From Octopus bimaculoides (lineage: Eukaryota), in the NCBI RefSeq assembly GCF_001194135.2, contig NC_069004.1, positions 35,086,057-35,122,314 of the forward strand: 36,258 bases of DNA, read 5' to 3'. A program made the translations under genes and the position numbers. Under the pieces are notes generated by a model. It was not told the DNA's origin. It saw only the letters and a program-made list of their open reading frames with translations, and did not search any database. Below are positions 36,257-36,258 of the stretch, piece after piece (position 1 is the stretch's first letter; every line of letters begins with the position of its first letter).

Positions 36257-36258
36257 AT
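35975..36258. repeat. Compound (TA)/(TACA) micro/minisatellite
   Basis: Repeating tatatatacatacata-type units to the end of the window. Confidence 0.9.

Larger units (their letters stand above)
1..36258. repeat. Dense (TA)n, (CA/TG)n, (CT/GA)n and (AAT)n microsatellites throughout, e.g. 569-604, 5140-5203, 6224-6310, 13437-13482, 22125-22730, 24980-25500, 25805-26270, 32116-32171
   Basis: Seen directly; most N gaps fall inside such tracts. Confidence 0.95.

Noticed and set aside
29-36258. The many YIYI/CVCV/HTHT/LSLS ORFs in the track
   Set aside because: They are translations of (TA)n, (TG)n, (CA)n and (CT)n microsatellites, which lack stop codons in some frames.

Overview
Eukaryotic, AT-rich, microsatellite-saturated genomic DNA from a short-read scaffold with 16 N-gaps. 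The SINE families and repeat density point to a coleoid cephalopod, most likely Octopus; this is recognition from memory, not a database result. Almost all ORFs in the track are dinucleotide-repeat or N-gap artefacts. One coding exon is reasonably convincing: minus strand 14349-14915. It encodes a long Ser/His/Asn/Gln low-complexity leader, a signal-peptide-like segment and 15 residues resembling the start of a fasciclin-1 (FAS1) domain, and it ends at a GAG|GTAGGA donor. The rest is intron or intergenic DNA. It holds many copies of about four tRNA-derived SINE families (called A-D here), several TA-flanked Tc1/mariner/pogo MITEs and transposase remnants, and decayed CR1-like and R4/Dong-like LINE fragments. 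I found no CRISPR array, rRNA or intact tRNA gene, and no well-supported novel multi-gene system. The most unusual observations are an approx. 81-93 bp duplication flanking a SINE, head-to-tail SINE chains joined at (ATT)n tails, close inverted SINE pairs, a 42-bp-stem foldback hairpin, and a triple 20-mer with unique spacers.
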